A stretch of 63,985 bases of DNA, the filler included, from Stramenopiles sp. TOSAG23-6 (lineage: Eukaryota), in assembly GCA_900128565.1 (NCBI GenBank). It is 5 parts of 5 records of this genome, joined end to end, with 100 filler letters (N's around TTAATTAATTAA, not from the genome) between each part and the next. Parts side by side here need not be neighbours in the genome. Positions count along the whole stretch, not along the records: positions 13,001 to 25,871 come from LT636185.1; positions 25,972 to 38,838 come from LT636186.1; 3 more parts are not named here. One strand, 5' to 3'. A model generated the notes under the pieces. The model was not told where the DNA came from. It worked only from the letters and a program-made list of their open reading frames with translations, and searched no databases. Every line of letters starts with the position of its first letter. Position 1 is the stretch's first letter. A program made the translations under genes and the position numbers. This document shows positions 21,698 to 33,416 of the stretch, piece after piece.

Positions 21698-23279
21698 TTA
21701 CTCAGAGATCCTAAATTTCCCATTACGTATGTATTTTGGAAAAATATTTCAAAAAAAAATCGTTAGGTACGAATTTTCGTACGAAAAATAAATTCGAAAT
21801 TGAAAAAAAAATTCAAAATACATATCTTTTTCTAATTCACAAACACAACGTAACAAACTAGCGCGTAATTTTACAGAAGCGATATTTTCTAGCCGTTTTA
21901 TAGCATTTGAAGAATTTTCACTGCAAAATTTTATATGGATATCGTCTGGATCTAAATTGTCTGGGGCACACTCTCTCCAGGTAAGTGTTCCATTTGTAGA
22001 AACGAGTATATTTCCACTACCATCACATAATTTCCCGTTCCAACTGGCTTCTATAATAAACTCAAATAAAACTATTTGTTTTCCTTTTCTTGAGGCAAAT
22101 TCTGCTGTACCTTCCAATTTCTCAATTTTTGTGACTGATATTTGACTAGGGTTAGGGCTTGATATATTACAAATTTTTTTTCTTAATGTCTGAATAGCCC
22201 ATTTTGTGATATCGGCATTTTCCCAATGAAAACTTCTTTCATTCCACTGACTTCCATGTATTGGAAAAAAATATTTGTTTTTTTGTTTTGTAAAATATTT
22301 TGTTAGGTACAAAATTTACTATGAAAAAAAAATAATTTGAAATTTAATTTTGAAAATGTACAAGCTGAAATGATTTTTCTGTTTTTTCTGTTTTTTCTGT
22401 TGGGGAAATTTGAGATATTTTGGTTGCAAAAAGTGGAGATGGATTTATTAATTTACTTGCAGCGGATTCAGCCGAATGAGCAGCTACAAAAGCTTTATTT
22501 TCTATCGAAATTGTAGAGATTTTATCACCAATGTCTTGAGAATTTTCAGGTGGAGTTGGTGGTAATAGGGTTAGGGTTTTCTTTTGTTTAATGGTAGTCG
22601 GATTAGGATTACTTTTTTGTTTCACTGTTTTTTTCAAAGGAAGGAGAGCGGCTTTTCGTTCTGTTTCCATTGAGGACACACCAAGGATTTCTGCTTCCTG
22701 TTGACGTATTTTTTCTTCAATTGCTAATTTTTCTTTACCTTTTAACTGTATTGCTTCATCTGTTTTTTTTTTTGCTTCAATGCGACGACTTTTGTCTGCT
22801 ATTATTGCAGCATGATCATTACCAATACTCATTAAACGTTTGAGAAAATTTCTGACCGCCGCGTAAATTGCACGTCTTCCTTTATCTCGCATGAGTGTAG
22901 CAGCTGGTCCAGAGTCACCAGATATATGAACTTCAAATTCGTCATCTTCAACATCTTCAGGGACAATTGAAGGTATATCAACTGTGCCTTTACTTTTTTT
23001 CTTGGTTAACTTTGAGTATCCTTCCCATCGCAACTGGGCTTCAAACTCAAATATTGCAATTTTTTTCCCTCGGCGAATGTTGACTGCTGAATCACCGCGT
23101 ACGTATCTAACCTCCTTTATGTGACACGTCGCGTCGCCACAGTCAATTGAAATAGACTTGAAAAGGTGTTCAAGAAGTTGTATAGAGAACTTTGTATGAT
23201 TTGTTTCTTCCCAGTGGTACGAATTTGGATTCCACAATGAACCAACACCTCTACTATTTCCAAGAACTTTGGACGCCAT
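21698..23279 (-). CDS. Hsp90 activator Aha1 N-domain protein with two Aha1_N domains; exons 23279-22362, 22255-21822, 21728-21698
   Basis: GSLWNPNSYHWEE...RRGKKIAIFE and GSQWNERSFHWE...RKGKQIVLFE. Confidence 0.8.
21729..21821 (-). mobile_element. Introner-family intron (GT...AT) with 8-bp perfect TIR
   Basis: at|GTATTTTG...CAAAATAC AT; full core. Confidence 0.85.
22256..22361 (-). mobile_element. Introner-family intron (GT...AT)
   Basis: ctt|GTACAT...CCAATACAT|gga restores L-GSQWN. Confidence 0.8.
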
Positions 23280-23735
23280 TTTACATTAGTTATATTAAAG
23301 AATAAAGAGGGAAATGTTACAATGAATATACAATAGAAATAAACGTATCCTCCAAGTATTTTTTATTGACAGACAGACACAACACAAGCAAAAAATCGAC
23401 AACGGACGACACGGTTCTTTTCAAACAAAAAACGGAAAACCGAGTCAGATGATGACGTGTCATCATCGCGTTGTTGTGGCGCCATCGCCGCCATATTCGA
23501 TTCCTATAGATGATTCTTCTTCCAGTCTTCCACGGGTCATGAATCACCAGAAAATATTTTATGCATATTTTATAGATGATTATTTGGTCTAGAGATTAGA
23601 TTCAATTCAATAACCCAATTGACCATATCTCATTTTGCTTCATCTAGACAAAAAAAAGCAAAAAGTATTGCTTCGAAATATATTGAGAACTGAGAGTATT
23701 ATAGTTATAGGAAGGAAATATTCCACGTAATATAG

Positions 23736-25158
23736 ATGGTTGACTCAAAAAAAGTAGTTCCACCGGTAGATTTTGAAGTGGCTTGGGATAAATCCTCTTG
23801 GGACCCTGCCTGTCAATGTTGCGGCTACCCATTAGTTCTATTACCACCTGAAGAATCATTTAATGATCGATTCCGCGCTCTTCGGAAGTTTGTCCAGGCT
23901 GGCTCTTTGAAAGATTCAACGAGTGGGAATAATGGGACTGTAGAGCATAACGCAACACGGAGTGATTCTGATGATATGATACATTCTTTGACTTATGATA
24001 GCAAGAGTTCCTTGAGTGCTCTGTGTAGCCTGGCAAGGTTTTGTTCTCCATTAGCAAGTGATCCCGTGGAATGTCAACCTTTGTGTGCTCGCTGCAGTAT
24101 GAATTCAGAAGAAAGAGTAAAAAAAGAGTTGGAAGAAGTTCTTGCTGAGCGTGATTTATATCTAAACTTTATGAAATCTTTGGAGAAAGTAGATATCAGT
24201 GATAACAGTTCAACTATATGTAATATAGCAAAGGCATCGAACGAAAAAACAAAAACAAAGTCTCGGGAATTTTCTTCTTTCTCTCTGGCGGAACTTCGAC
24301 TCGAATTGGAACGAATGAAAAAAGAAGTGTCACAAGTAACGCTACAAGTAGAGAAAACTGAAAATGAATTAAGAATAGAAAAATTAAAGACAAAAAAACT
24401 AAAAATATCATCCAGAAAATATTGGGAAAAAACAGGCAACTGGGAACTTCAATTGGATTGTGATACCCAAGAGTTGAGGTCACTGGTACTTCAGGAGCAA
24501 CGCCTGGATGAAAAATTATTACAACTTAAAAGAACGAATGTAAATAATGATGCTTTTTATATATGGCATTCGGGTCCATTTGGTACAATTAACACATTCA
24601 GATTAGGTAGGCTTCCGACACAACTTGTGGATTTTGCTGAAATTAATGCGGCTTGGGGTCAGGCAGCTGTACTAATGACAACTATTGCTAAAAGTCATTT
24701 GAATTTTAAATTTAGCAAATTTAGAATTATACCAAAAGGATCGTATTCTAGAGTGAGTCGTATTGGTGATGAGCGTAACTACAATCCTCTATATTGGGAT
24801 GGTGGTTGGCGTGGTAAAAGTGCATATAATCGAGGAATGTTTGTTTTCATTAACCCTAACCCTAATTAATTGTGTACTTCATTTGAGTGTACTAAGAAAA
24901 TTTTGTATCTAACAATTTTTTTTTTAAAGTTTTTTTTCACCATACATGGTTGCTTTTCTTGCCTGTCTTGATGAACTTGGTCGATATGCGGCACGTGTTG
25001 ATCGTACCATTCATATGCCGTATCAAATTAAGGATTATAAAATAGGAGGCTACTCAATTCAATTAGGTGACTGGCAAAAATGGACTTTTGCGTTAAAATA
25101 TTTACTTACTAATTTAAAGTGGCTTGTTGCATGGACTTCAAAGGCGAATAATGAGTAA
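23736..25158 (+). CDS. ATG6: Beclin-1/Atg6; exons 23736-24838, 24948-25158
   Basis: TNVNNDAFYIWHSGPFGTINTFRLGRLP; EINAAWGQA; AYNRGMVAFLACL after splicing; WTFALKYLLTNLKW. Confidence 0.95.
24839..24947 (+). mobile_element. Introner-family intron (GT...AT), diverged, contains TAACCC repeats
   Basis: gga at|GTTTGT...TATCTAAC...CCATACAT|g gtt; no AG near the junction. Confidence 0.85.
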
Positions 25159-25367
25159 TGTTTTTTTGTTGGGTATTACATTTTGGTACAAAAAAAAATA
25201 AAGTCCTTGATTCAGAGTATTGGATACATTTTTTTCGTACTACAGCTAGTAATAATATTTCGATAACATACATAAAGTACAAAATTTTGTCATAAATTTA
25301 TCATTCAATTGTATCAAAGTGTTGCAAAATCTGTATATATCTCCACTGCACACTCCTAAAAGTAATC

Positions 25368-25811
25368 TTAGCGACCAACACTATACAACTCACCTGGGAG
25401 AAGTGGCCGAGCTGCAGTATCAGCAGACTCAAAACGACCTGGCAACGTCCGAGGTAAATTTTGTATGTCACCTCTTTTATCCATTACAACACCATTTATA
25501 TCTGTATTTTGTCCCTCATTCTCAATTTCATGTTTGAGTTGCGTTTCAACTATCTCAATTTTCTTTTCAATAATTTTTAGCGCAGAGAGAACCACTTCAG
25601 ATGGTGTCAAAGCACCTGTTACTTCTACTGTAAAAATAAATCGTTCTGGCACAGTTCTAATCTTGACACAATCTTCTAACTCAGGATCACCAGATTCCTG
25701 ACGAAGATCATTATGAAAGGTATCTAAGTCGTTACAGTATGTCACAGCGAATTTATCACGCACAACAACTTTTCCAGCAGAATTTAGCTCCAAAACTTTA
25801 GTGGAGAAAGC
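25368..25811 (-). CDS. RPB3: RNA polymerase subunit RPB3-like, last exon (5' partial)
   Basis: PERFIFTVEVTGALTPSEVVLSALKIIEKK; RPAC40 paralogue not excluded. Confidence 0.75.
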   Translation of the reverse strand, partial: AFSTKVLELNSAGKVVVRDKFAVTYCNDLDTFHNDLRQESGDPELEDCVKIRTVPERFIFTVEVTGALTPSEVVLSALKIIEKKIEIVETQLKHEIENEGQNTDINGVVMDKRGDIQNLPRTLPGRFESADTAARPLLPGELYSVGR

Positions 25812-25871
25812 ATGTATTGTGAAAAAATAGTACAAGATTTTTGTTATTAGGTACAAAATTTCGTACGAAAA
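25812..25871 (-). mobile_element. Introner-family intron, 3' part (...AT), truncated by contig end
   Basis: Core TTTCGTACGAAATTTTGTACCTAA and CACAATACAT on minus strand. Confidence 0.85.
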
Positions 25872-25971
25872 NNNNNNNNNNNNNNNNNNNNNNNNNNNNN
25901 NNNNNNNNNNNNNNNTTAATTAATTAANNNNNNNNNNNNNNNNNNNNNNNNNNNNNNNNNNNNNNNNNNNN
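25872..25971. other. Artificial contig linker
   Basis: 100 nt N/TTAATTAATTAA. Confidence 0.95.
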
Positions 25972-25975
25972 ATTA

Positions 25976-28062
25976 CTACGTAGGTAATAGTGGACGTGGT
26001 GAATTTCTCAATTTAAATTCTTCCCATGATGGAGGTGGTGGCGTTTCTGGTGGTTCAACATCATTTAAACAATCTGAATTTTCTGTACTATTTCGTTTTC
26101 TTTTGATATTACCAAATACATTATTGCCACCTTGTCCTGGAGAGTGACATTCTTGTCCAGTAGAATCATCAGTAATACTACATTGTGTTGTTATACTTGG
26201 ATCAATTATCGTTCTTTTTGTATTTTTCCCTATTTTTTTGTTAAGTTTATCAATTTCAAATTTACGATCGTGTAAACAAACAGAAAAGACTCGAGATATA
26301 TTCTTCATTCGTTCACGTCTCATTCCAACTTTTCCAAGTTGTTGTTTTTTCCGATTCAACAGAGAAAGTTTGTAAAATCCAAAAGAAATTAGTACAAGAA
26401 CAAAAAGGACACTTCCAAGATATGGTAAATATTTTGTAAATTTTGGTTTCCAAGGTTTTTCAACAGGATGTATATACGTAACTTTATCAGCATTAGTATA
26501 TTGAATACTTTGAANTTTAAAAGGATTTGAAGTCATTAATTCAAATGGCTTTGGTAATTTACGAGCAGCTATTTGTATTTTTTTACTAAATACATTTTGC
26601 ATTTGAGTAACAGAAGGCATTTCGATTTCAGTATTTTGTTGTTGATTGTTTTTTTCAGCCAACCAATGAATAATTACATGTATCTGGAGACAATTGGATG
26701 GTATCGTAGAACCTCGACGTTCACCACAAATAAGTCCTTGTTTTACTTCTATTTTTATTTCATCGCTATAATAGAAAATATCGGATTGAGATTTGTGAAC
26801 TAAACGACGATTATGTACTGTACTATCCATTTGATGAATATTTTCATCATTCCATTTTTCATTATACATGAATACATCTGAAGCAAAGTTTTCAAGTGGT
26901 TTATACACTGCTTTTTTGTCATATTGTTGATTAAAACTGATAATAAATAGAGATTGGGCAACATCATGTCGTTCTGAAAGACTGATTTTACTGTCACATG
27001 TATCACCAGTGTAACCTAAATAACATTTACAAAAATCGCCATAGTCTCCTGCACACTTGCCATGGTGATTACAAAAAGATAATGTTTGACAGTTTTCTTG
27101 ATAAACACTTTCATCACATCGAATACCTTTCCATAATTTCAAATCATGACATTCACAAGAAGCAATATTATCTTTGATGACACATTTTCCATATTCACTG
27201 CATTCTACATCATCACAAGACTTTTCACAACCTACACCAAAATAATTTGGTGGACATGAACAAAAACATCCACCTACTTTACCTTTAACCTCTCCACCGT
27301 TAAGACAAAGTATAGCATCACTTTCACAGTCTTTTTTGTGTTTACAATTATCTCCATCATAATCATCAGTACATTTACATATACACTTGTCATCTTTTTC
27401 GATAGGTGTACCATGAATACTACATGATAATGTATTCATGTCAGTAGTACATTCATCACATTGTTTACCACCAAAACCATTAGTACATTTACATACACAC
27501 TTATCTTCTTTTTCGATAGGTGTACCATGTATACTACATGATAACGTGTCATTAGTACATTTATCACATTGTTTACCACCAAAATTATCAGTACATTTAC
27601 ATATACATTCATCTTTCACACCTTGTACAACACCATGATCACCACAACTTGACGCATCATTTCTACAACATTTCATTTTGTTAAACATTTCAATTTTTTG
27701 AAGAGAATTGAATAAATTCTTGAGTGGCAAATCTTTCTTTGTATACTCTACTATAAAAAACTCGAGTGGCAAATATTTGTTTTGATATTTTTGGAAAAAT
27801 CCCTGACAATTTTCTTTTCTAAAAAGAGGCAAACTCTTTGAACAAAATTCTATGTTGTCATCATTAGCATTGAGTTTTGAAAAATGTTGACAACAAGAAG
27901 TATTTCCAAGAAGATCAATTGTTTTACAATCCGTATTTCCATTTGAAATTATTCTCTCCATACAAAACTTATTTTTAACCAATTCAAACATATTATAATA
28001 TTTCTTTCGCATGCTTTCATTACATACTTTACCTACAACACTTAAATCACAACACGAACGGA
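25976..28062 (-). CDS. EGF-like repeat single-pass membrane protein (5' end missing)
   Basis: Multiple C.C...(F/Y).G..C EGF units, TM YLPYLGSVLFVLVLISFGFY. Confidence 0.85.
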
Positions 28063-28155
28063 GTGTATTTTGGAAAAATATTTCAAAAAAAAATCGTTAG
28101 GTACAAAATTGCGTACGAAAAAAAAACTTCGAATTTGAAAAAAAATAAAACATAC
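28063..28155 (-). mobile_element. Introner-family copy at a probable chimeric junction
   Basis: Full consensus, but flanks CC/AC and phases are incompatible; joins two unrelated genes. Confidence 0.85.
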
Positions 28156-29425
28156 GGTAAAACAGTTGTACTAAATAAGGAAGATATTGGCACAGTAGCA
28201 CCAACACTTGCAAAAAATATAGACGCAAGCCAATTTGCAATTTCAGCGACCCGACTTTCCCAAATATTTTGTATACCACTAACTGAAGCGAATGCGACAC
28301 CAGTAAAGAAAATTCCTAATAAATAAGTTGATCCTGCATATCCAGAAATAGCTGACATTCCAAATCCAGATAAAAAAAGAAAACTTAATAAAACTTCATT
28401 GTAACCTAACTTACACAACTCAAAAATATGTTTTAAAAAGTCCTTTTTCTTTATTGACTGATTGATTTCATTTTCTTTAGTTGATTTCGATATTTCATCA
28501 AAATTTTCATTTATTTGACTTTGTTTTGTTTTTTTTGTTTTTTTTGTTTTTTTTGTTTCTGTGTTTGACTCTATTAGAGGTGGTGTATCATGAATAAATT
28601 CCTTATTTTGTTTTTTTGTCTCCATTGCTACTGATGTATGGCAACTCAACCCATTTGATACATTATCGTGGAACACCAAATGAAAGTGCAACCATGGCAT
28701 TATAAGAGACACTACTTTGCTCAAGAGTACAAAACAGACAAAGACTCCAATGGAAGCAACAATCGGACGTGTGCAAACAAAAGCTACATTTTTATCTGTA
28801 TTATCTATGTCACTGATATTTGAAATCACTGCAATGATTATAAGCGATAAAACATCATCGATTATCGCAGCAACCGATATTAGACTACCTAATTCGGAAT
28901 TCAATTCTTTTGCATCTCTAAGAAGGCGCGTGGCTATACCTATTGAAGTACTCGAGATACAAGTACCTCCAACGATTGACGCGCGGAACGGATAGCCGAA
29001 TGAATATTATGTGTACATTATATCAACTATGTTGCAAATAAATAAGATGAGATATTACAAAATGAATGACTTTGAAAGTATTGCTTGTAGTATATACAAA
29101 ATATTAACAAGGTCAATAATCCTAATCCCAAGGGAACTACTGTGCCAGTTACAGCAATAAGACAAGACCTCACCCCTGCTTTCTTTAACTTGGAAGTGTT
29201 GACACTTAAACCACCTTCTAGAACAAGAAGGCTTAATCCAAGTTGACCAACAGTATTTGTGGTATTCATATCTATAATCCAATCTAGTGCATATGGACCA
29301 AGAACAGCTCCAGCAACTATTTCTCCAACCATCACTGATTTCAAAGGCGCCAAGAAAATACCAAAAGCCCAGACAGTTGAAAGGAAAATTCCAAGTAGCA
29401 TAAGGTTATCAAGAGAACTCGACAT
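28156..29425 (-). CDS. CPA2-family cation/H+ antiporter (3' end missing); exons 29425-29098, ~29005-28156
   Basis: VGEIVAGAVLGP, LLVLEGGL, SSTSIGIA, AAIIDDVLSL, LGIFFTG, FFASVG motifs. Confidence 0.85.
29006..29097 (-). other. Non-canonical intron without family core (GT...AT, or GT...TT ending at 29003)
   Basis: Needed to join TM segments; using the only nearby AG gives an in-frame TAA. Confidence 0.55.
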
Positions 29426-29723
29426 TGTTCTTACAAAGCAATAAAACAAACACGAAACATGCTAAAGGATATGATAGACACGACAGGAAAAATCAATCAT
29501 CATCGAGACATTAGCAGAGAATATTCATTCAATATTATTTTGTCGTCGACGGTCGCGATTGCGTCGCGATTCGAGAATCGAGATGATCGGAGATTTTGAT
29601 CATAAAAAAAACTCCCGATTTTCGATTGATGGATTGTTGTTTGTTTAACTTTTGTTGTTGATTATTTTATAATATAAGTATTTTATCAATTATTTCCACC
29701 AATTATCATCAAGTAGTAGTAGG

Positions 29724-30911
29724 ATGCTGGTGCATCGAAATTTAGCACGTTGTTTGAGAGACAATTCCTCTTTTTTCAGAGCGTCATCATCTGCGGTGCA
29801 TGATTCAGCCCAAATTGTTGCCGCTGTCCCCTTACGGGCTCTCGTTTCACATCTTACACAGCTTTGTGGCTCTGATATTGACGAGTCTTGCCGTATTGCT
29901 GAAAATCTTGTGATGTCAAACCTTAAGGGTCACGACTCTCATGGTGTAGGCTATTTACCTCGCTATATACGCACAGCATTAAAATCAAACTTAGTACCAA
30001 ATCAAAGTGTAAAGATTATAGGAGAAAGCGACACAATGATTTCGCTTGATGGAGGTCGTGGATATGGACAGTCAGTTGGCAAGGAGGCTATGAAGCTTGG
30101 TATTCAAAAGGCACGTGAGCATAAAATGTGTATAGTATCACTTAGAAATTCACATCATCTAGCAAGGATTGGTGCTTGGGCTGAAATGTGCACAGCTGCC
30201 GGTTTTATGTCGCTGCATTTCGTCAATGTAGCTGGACACGAACCGCTTGTTGCCCCTCATAATGGTGGAGAAGCAAAGCTTGGAACGAATCCTATATGTA
30301 TTGGTTTTCCAGACCTGACAGATAAAGCAGACAATGTCAAAAGGTGTGACATTATTCTAGATTATGCAACTAGTCAAGTTGCATTGGGTAAAGTACGTGA
30401 AGCATATGGGAGAGGAGAGTTGATGCCTCAAGGTTGCTTATTAGATCACAGTGGAAGAGAAACAAAAGATCCAAGTGTCAAGTTTTGTGAAAAGAAGGGT
30501 TCTTTACTACCATTTGGTGACCATAAAGGCTACGCATTAGCGCTAATGTGCGAATTAATTGGAGCAGTTGCAACTGGTGGTCAAACAATTGCACCTGAGT
30601 GGGAGCGCGATGATACTATTATTAATTCAATGTTTACTGTAATTATTGATCCATCAAGAACGTCCACCTCAGAAGCACCACAGTTAGCCTCCGAAACAGA
30701 GCAATTAATGTCGTATGTCACTGCTGCAGAGAGAAGACCAGGGAGTTCCGATGATGTCATGATTCCTGGTGAACCCGAGAGAAATATGTACGAGAAGAGA
30801 ATAATGGATGGCATACCCATTAGCGAAGGTACGTGGTCTGAGATTCTTCATGCTGCTTCATCGTTAGGAGTTTCAGAAGCTGATGTTCATTCAATATTGA
30901 AACAGAATTGA
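29724..30911 (+). CDS. Ldh_2-family (malate/L-lactate/hydroxycarboxylate) dehydrogenase with N-terminal transit-like peptide
   Basis: GHDSHGVG, SHHLARIG, LGTNPICIG, LDYATS, FGDHKGYAL, IPGEPE. Confidence 0.9.
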   Translation: MLVHRNLARCLRDNSSFFRASSSAVHDSAQIVAAVPLRALVSHLTQLCGSDIDESCRIAENLVMSNLKGHDSHGVGYLPRYIRTALKSNLVPNQSVKIIGESDTMISLDGGRGYGQSVGKEAMKLGIQKAREHKMCIVSLRNSHHLARIGAWAEMCTAAGFMSLHFVNVAGHEPLVAPHNGGEAKLGTNPICIGFPDLTDKADNVKRCDIILDYATSQVALGKVREAYGRGELMPQGCLLDHSGRETKDPSVKFCEKKGSLLPFGDHKGYALALMCELIGAVATGGQTIAPEWERDDTIINSMFTVIIDPSRTSTSEAPQLASETEQLMSYVTAAERRPGSSDDVMIPGEPERNMYEKRIMDGIPISEGTWSEILHAASSLGVSEADVHSILKQN

Positions 30912-31363
30912 CGTCATAGTACGTACAATAATCTTATTGATTTTCAACGATAAATATAATTAAGTTACCTAATTCATCATGTTGAACTGTTTAGCCTTGG
31001 TCACAAGAATTTTTTTTGAATATTTTTTAGTTTTTTTTTTAGAATTACGTTCGTGTTCGATCAGCTTGGAAGTGTGCGATTTTATAAAGAGATAGACGTC
31101 AGGTATATATAAAGGTACAAAAGAAGGTGTTTAAGCATAACTTTATATTAGAATAAACGCCGCTTCAACCATTAATTTTACTTGATGTTGTACCTTTTGT
31201 GGTAGTGTTTTACAGACATTATTAGTATCTTAATATTTAGACACGAAATTTCGAAAAAAAACAAAGACACAAGTCAGTAGTCAGTCAGTTCGTAATAGAT
31301 ACTACTACCTTCTAATTCTAATAGGTGTAACTACAGAGCTATTCAACTGACGATACTGATGTA

Positions 31364-33078
31364 ATGACTGATTTGCTTGTTAAAACGAATGCACGACATG
31401 CAATCTTAATTGAGCCGTTTGGTGGAGGTTCACATCAGCAGTTTGTAGATCTCTTAGCTAAAACTTACAACTCCCCGAGTTCTTGTCATTCTTTAGATAT
31501 TTTTACTCTTCCAGGTAAAAAATGGCACTGGCGGTTGTTGGTATCAGCGGCCCATTTCGCAACGATAATTCCTAACCCATCAAAAAACAATACTACTTCA
31601 TTATTTGCGAGCTCAATGCTGAATTTGTGTGAACTTCTTGGAATGCGTCCCGATTTATCGAGTTTACATAAGGTATATTATTTCCATGAAAACCAGCTGA
31701 CTTATCCAAGTCGCCAAAAAGATGCTGCGGGTCAACGTGACTGGGCTCTTGGGTGGAATCAAATTGTTTCTTCTCTCGTTGCGGATGTGGTGTTATTTAA
31801 TTCTTCCTATAATCGTAAATGTTTTTTAGATAACATACCTCGTATATTATCACGTATACCAAAAGACTGTCGTCCTTCAAATGTTGTTGAACGCATCCAA
31901 GCTAAATCCGATGTTCTCTTTTTCCCATTGCATATGTCCCCATCTACACCTTTAGTAGATGTTAAACCTTTACATCATTTATCTAAAGGTGCTACTATTG
32001 TTTCATTGGATACAACCGATGAAAAAAAAAATTCCGATAGAAAAAACAACTCAATTGAAAATAAGTTACTTTTACCAAATAACCTCAATAGAAAAATCAA
32101 TGTAGTTGAAAATTACACCTCACGTTCTTCTGACACATTTGGTACAACGTTACCTTTACATATTGTATGGGCCCACCGCTGGGAATTCGACAAAAATCCA
32201 GATTTATTATTCCGCGTGCTTCTTGAATTAAAAGATAAAGGATGTATGTTTTTATCATTAATTTCCAAATTTAGTTTTTTTTTTCGTACGAAATTTCGTA
32301 CCTAACAAAAAAATTTACTAAAAAAAAATATTTTCCTACAATACATGTAACTTTAAGATCTCAATTCTTGGAGAAAGTTTTAAAGAGACCCCTGAAATAT
32401 TCAAAAGTGCAAGAGAAAAACTTAATAATCATGTTTTACATTGGGGGTATCTACCTTCTCGAAAGGAATATTTAAATGTGCTTCGGGATGCTGACGTGGC
32501 ACTATCTACTGCAGATCACGAATTTTTTGGTGTAAGTACACTAGAATGTGCTTGGCAAGGATGTACGTTTTATATGAATTTCTAATTTTTTTTTTTTTTT
32601 TGATTTTCATACGAAATTTCGTACCTAACAATTTTTTTTTGTAATTTTTTTTTCCCACAAGACATGTTTCCCGGTTTGTCCAAATAGACTTTCGTATCCA
32701 GACTTTTTCCCCAAAGAATGTCTTTATAACACTGAAAGACAACTGGTAAGAAAATTGAAAGATTTTTGTAATTATCCCAGTCGATTGCGTGATAGGGTGT
32801 ACGTGTATACTATAAAAAAAAAATGTACCATATTTTATTAACCCTAACCCTAATAAAGAAATGAAATGTTTGACATATTTTTTTTATAATACAGGCGTGA
32901 GATACTTCATGGTGTTAAGCTTCGACGCTTCCACTGGGATGAATTAAAAGAAAGGTTTGATGTGTATTTATTCCCCCCAGCTGAAAAAAAAAGAAGGAAA
33001 AAAGATAGTAAAGGAAAACGAAAAAGAGAGGTTGAAAAAGAAATCCCAGTTGTTGACCCTAACCCTAACAAGAAATAA
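31364..33078 (+). CDS. GTDC1: GTDC1/QTMAN-like glycosyltransferase; exons 31364-32243, 32347-32562, 32666-32798, 32895-33078
   Basis: EPFGGGSHQQ, LPGKKWHWR, YFHENQLTYP, HRWEFDKNP, HEFFGVS.LE. Confidence 0.9.
32244..32346 (+). mobile_element. Introner-family intron (GT...AT)
   Basis: Restores LKDKGCNFKISILGE. Confidence 0.9.
32563..32665 (+). mobile_element. Introner-family intron (GT...AT)
   Basis: Restores GCFPVCPNRLSYP; AG at 32660-61 is out of frame. Confidence 0.9.
32799..32894 (+). other. Diverged family-like intron with canonical GT...AG
   Basis: GTACGT...ATAATACAG; core lost, TAACCCTAACCCTAA inside; frame restored. Confidence 0.75.
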
Positions 33079-33261
33079 CAGTTGTTGACATCACCTCAAA
33101 AAAAAAAACCTACAAGGATACAAAAATACTCAAATAATAAAAAACTAAACCAAATTCTGTACATAACGAATAATAGTATACTATAAATAATAATAATAAT
33201 AATAATATGCACTATATATTTCGTATTATGCTCTGTTTTACACTTTTCCAAAGACACTAAT

Positions 33262-33416
33262 GTTTGTGATATCTTTTCAATTTCGATTTTTTTTCGTACG
33301 AAATTTCGTACCTAACGATTTTTTTTTCAAATATTTTGTGATATCTTTTCAATTTCGATTTTTTTTCGTACGAAACCAGTTTTTTTTGGTAAAATTTCGT
33401 GTTTTTCACAATACGA
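33262..33416 (+). mobile_element. Introner-family copy with internal 41-bp duplication, antisense to and overlapping the PhzF stop
   Basis: GTTTGT...TTTCGTACGAAATTTCGTACCTAAC...CACAATAC; 33263-33303 repeated at 33335-33375. Confidence 0.8.

Noticed and set aside
24837-24945. Reading the introns as U12-type AT-AC introns
   Set aside because: No RTATCCTT donor; TT/TT and GT/GT copies and mismatched-flank copies favour a GT start.
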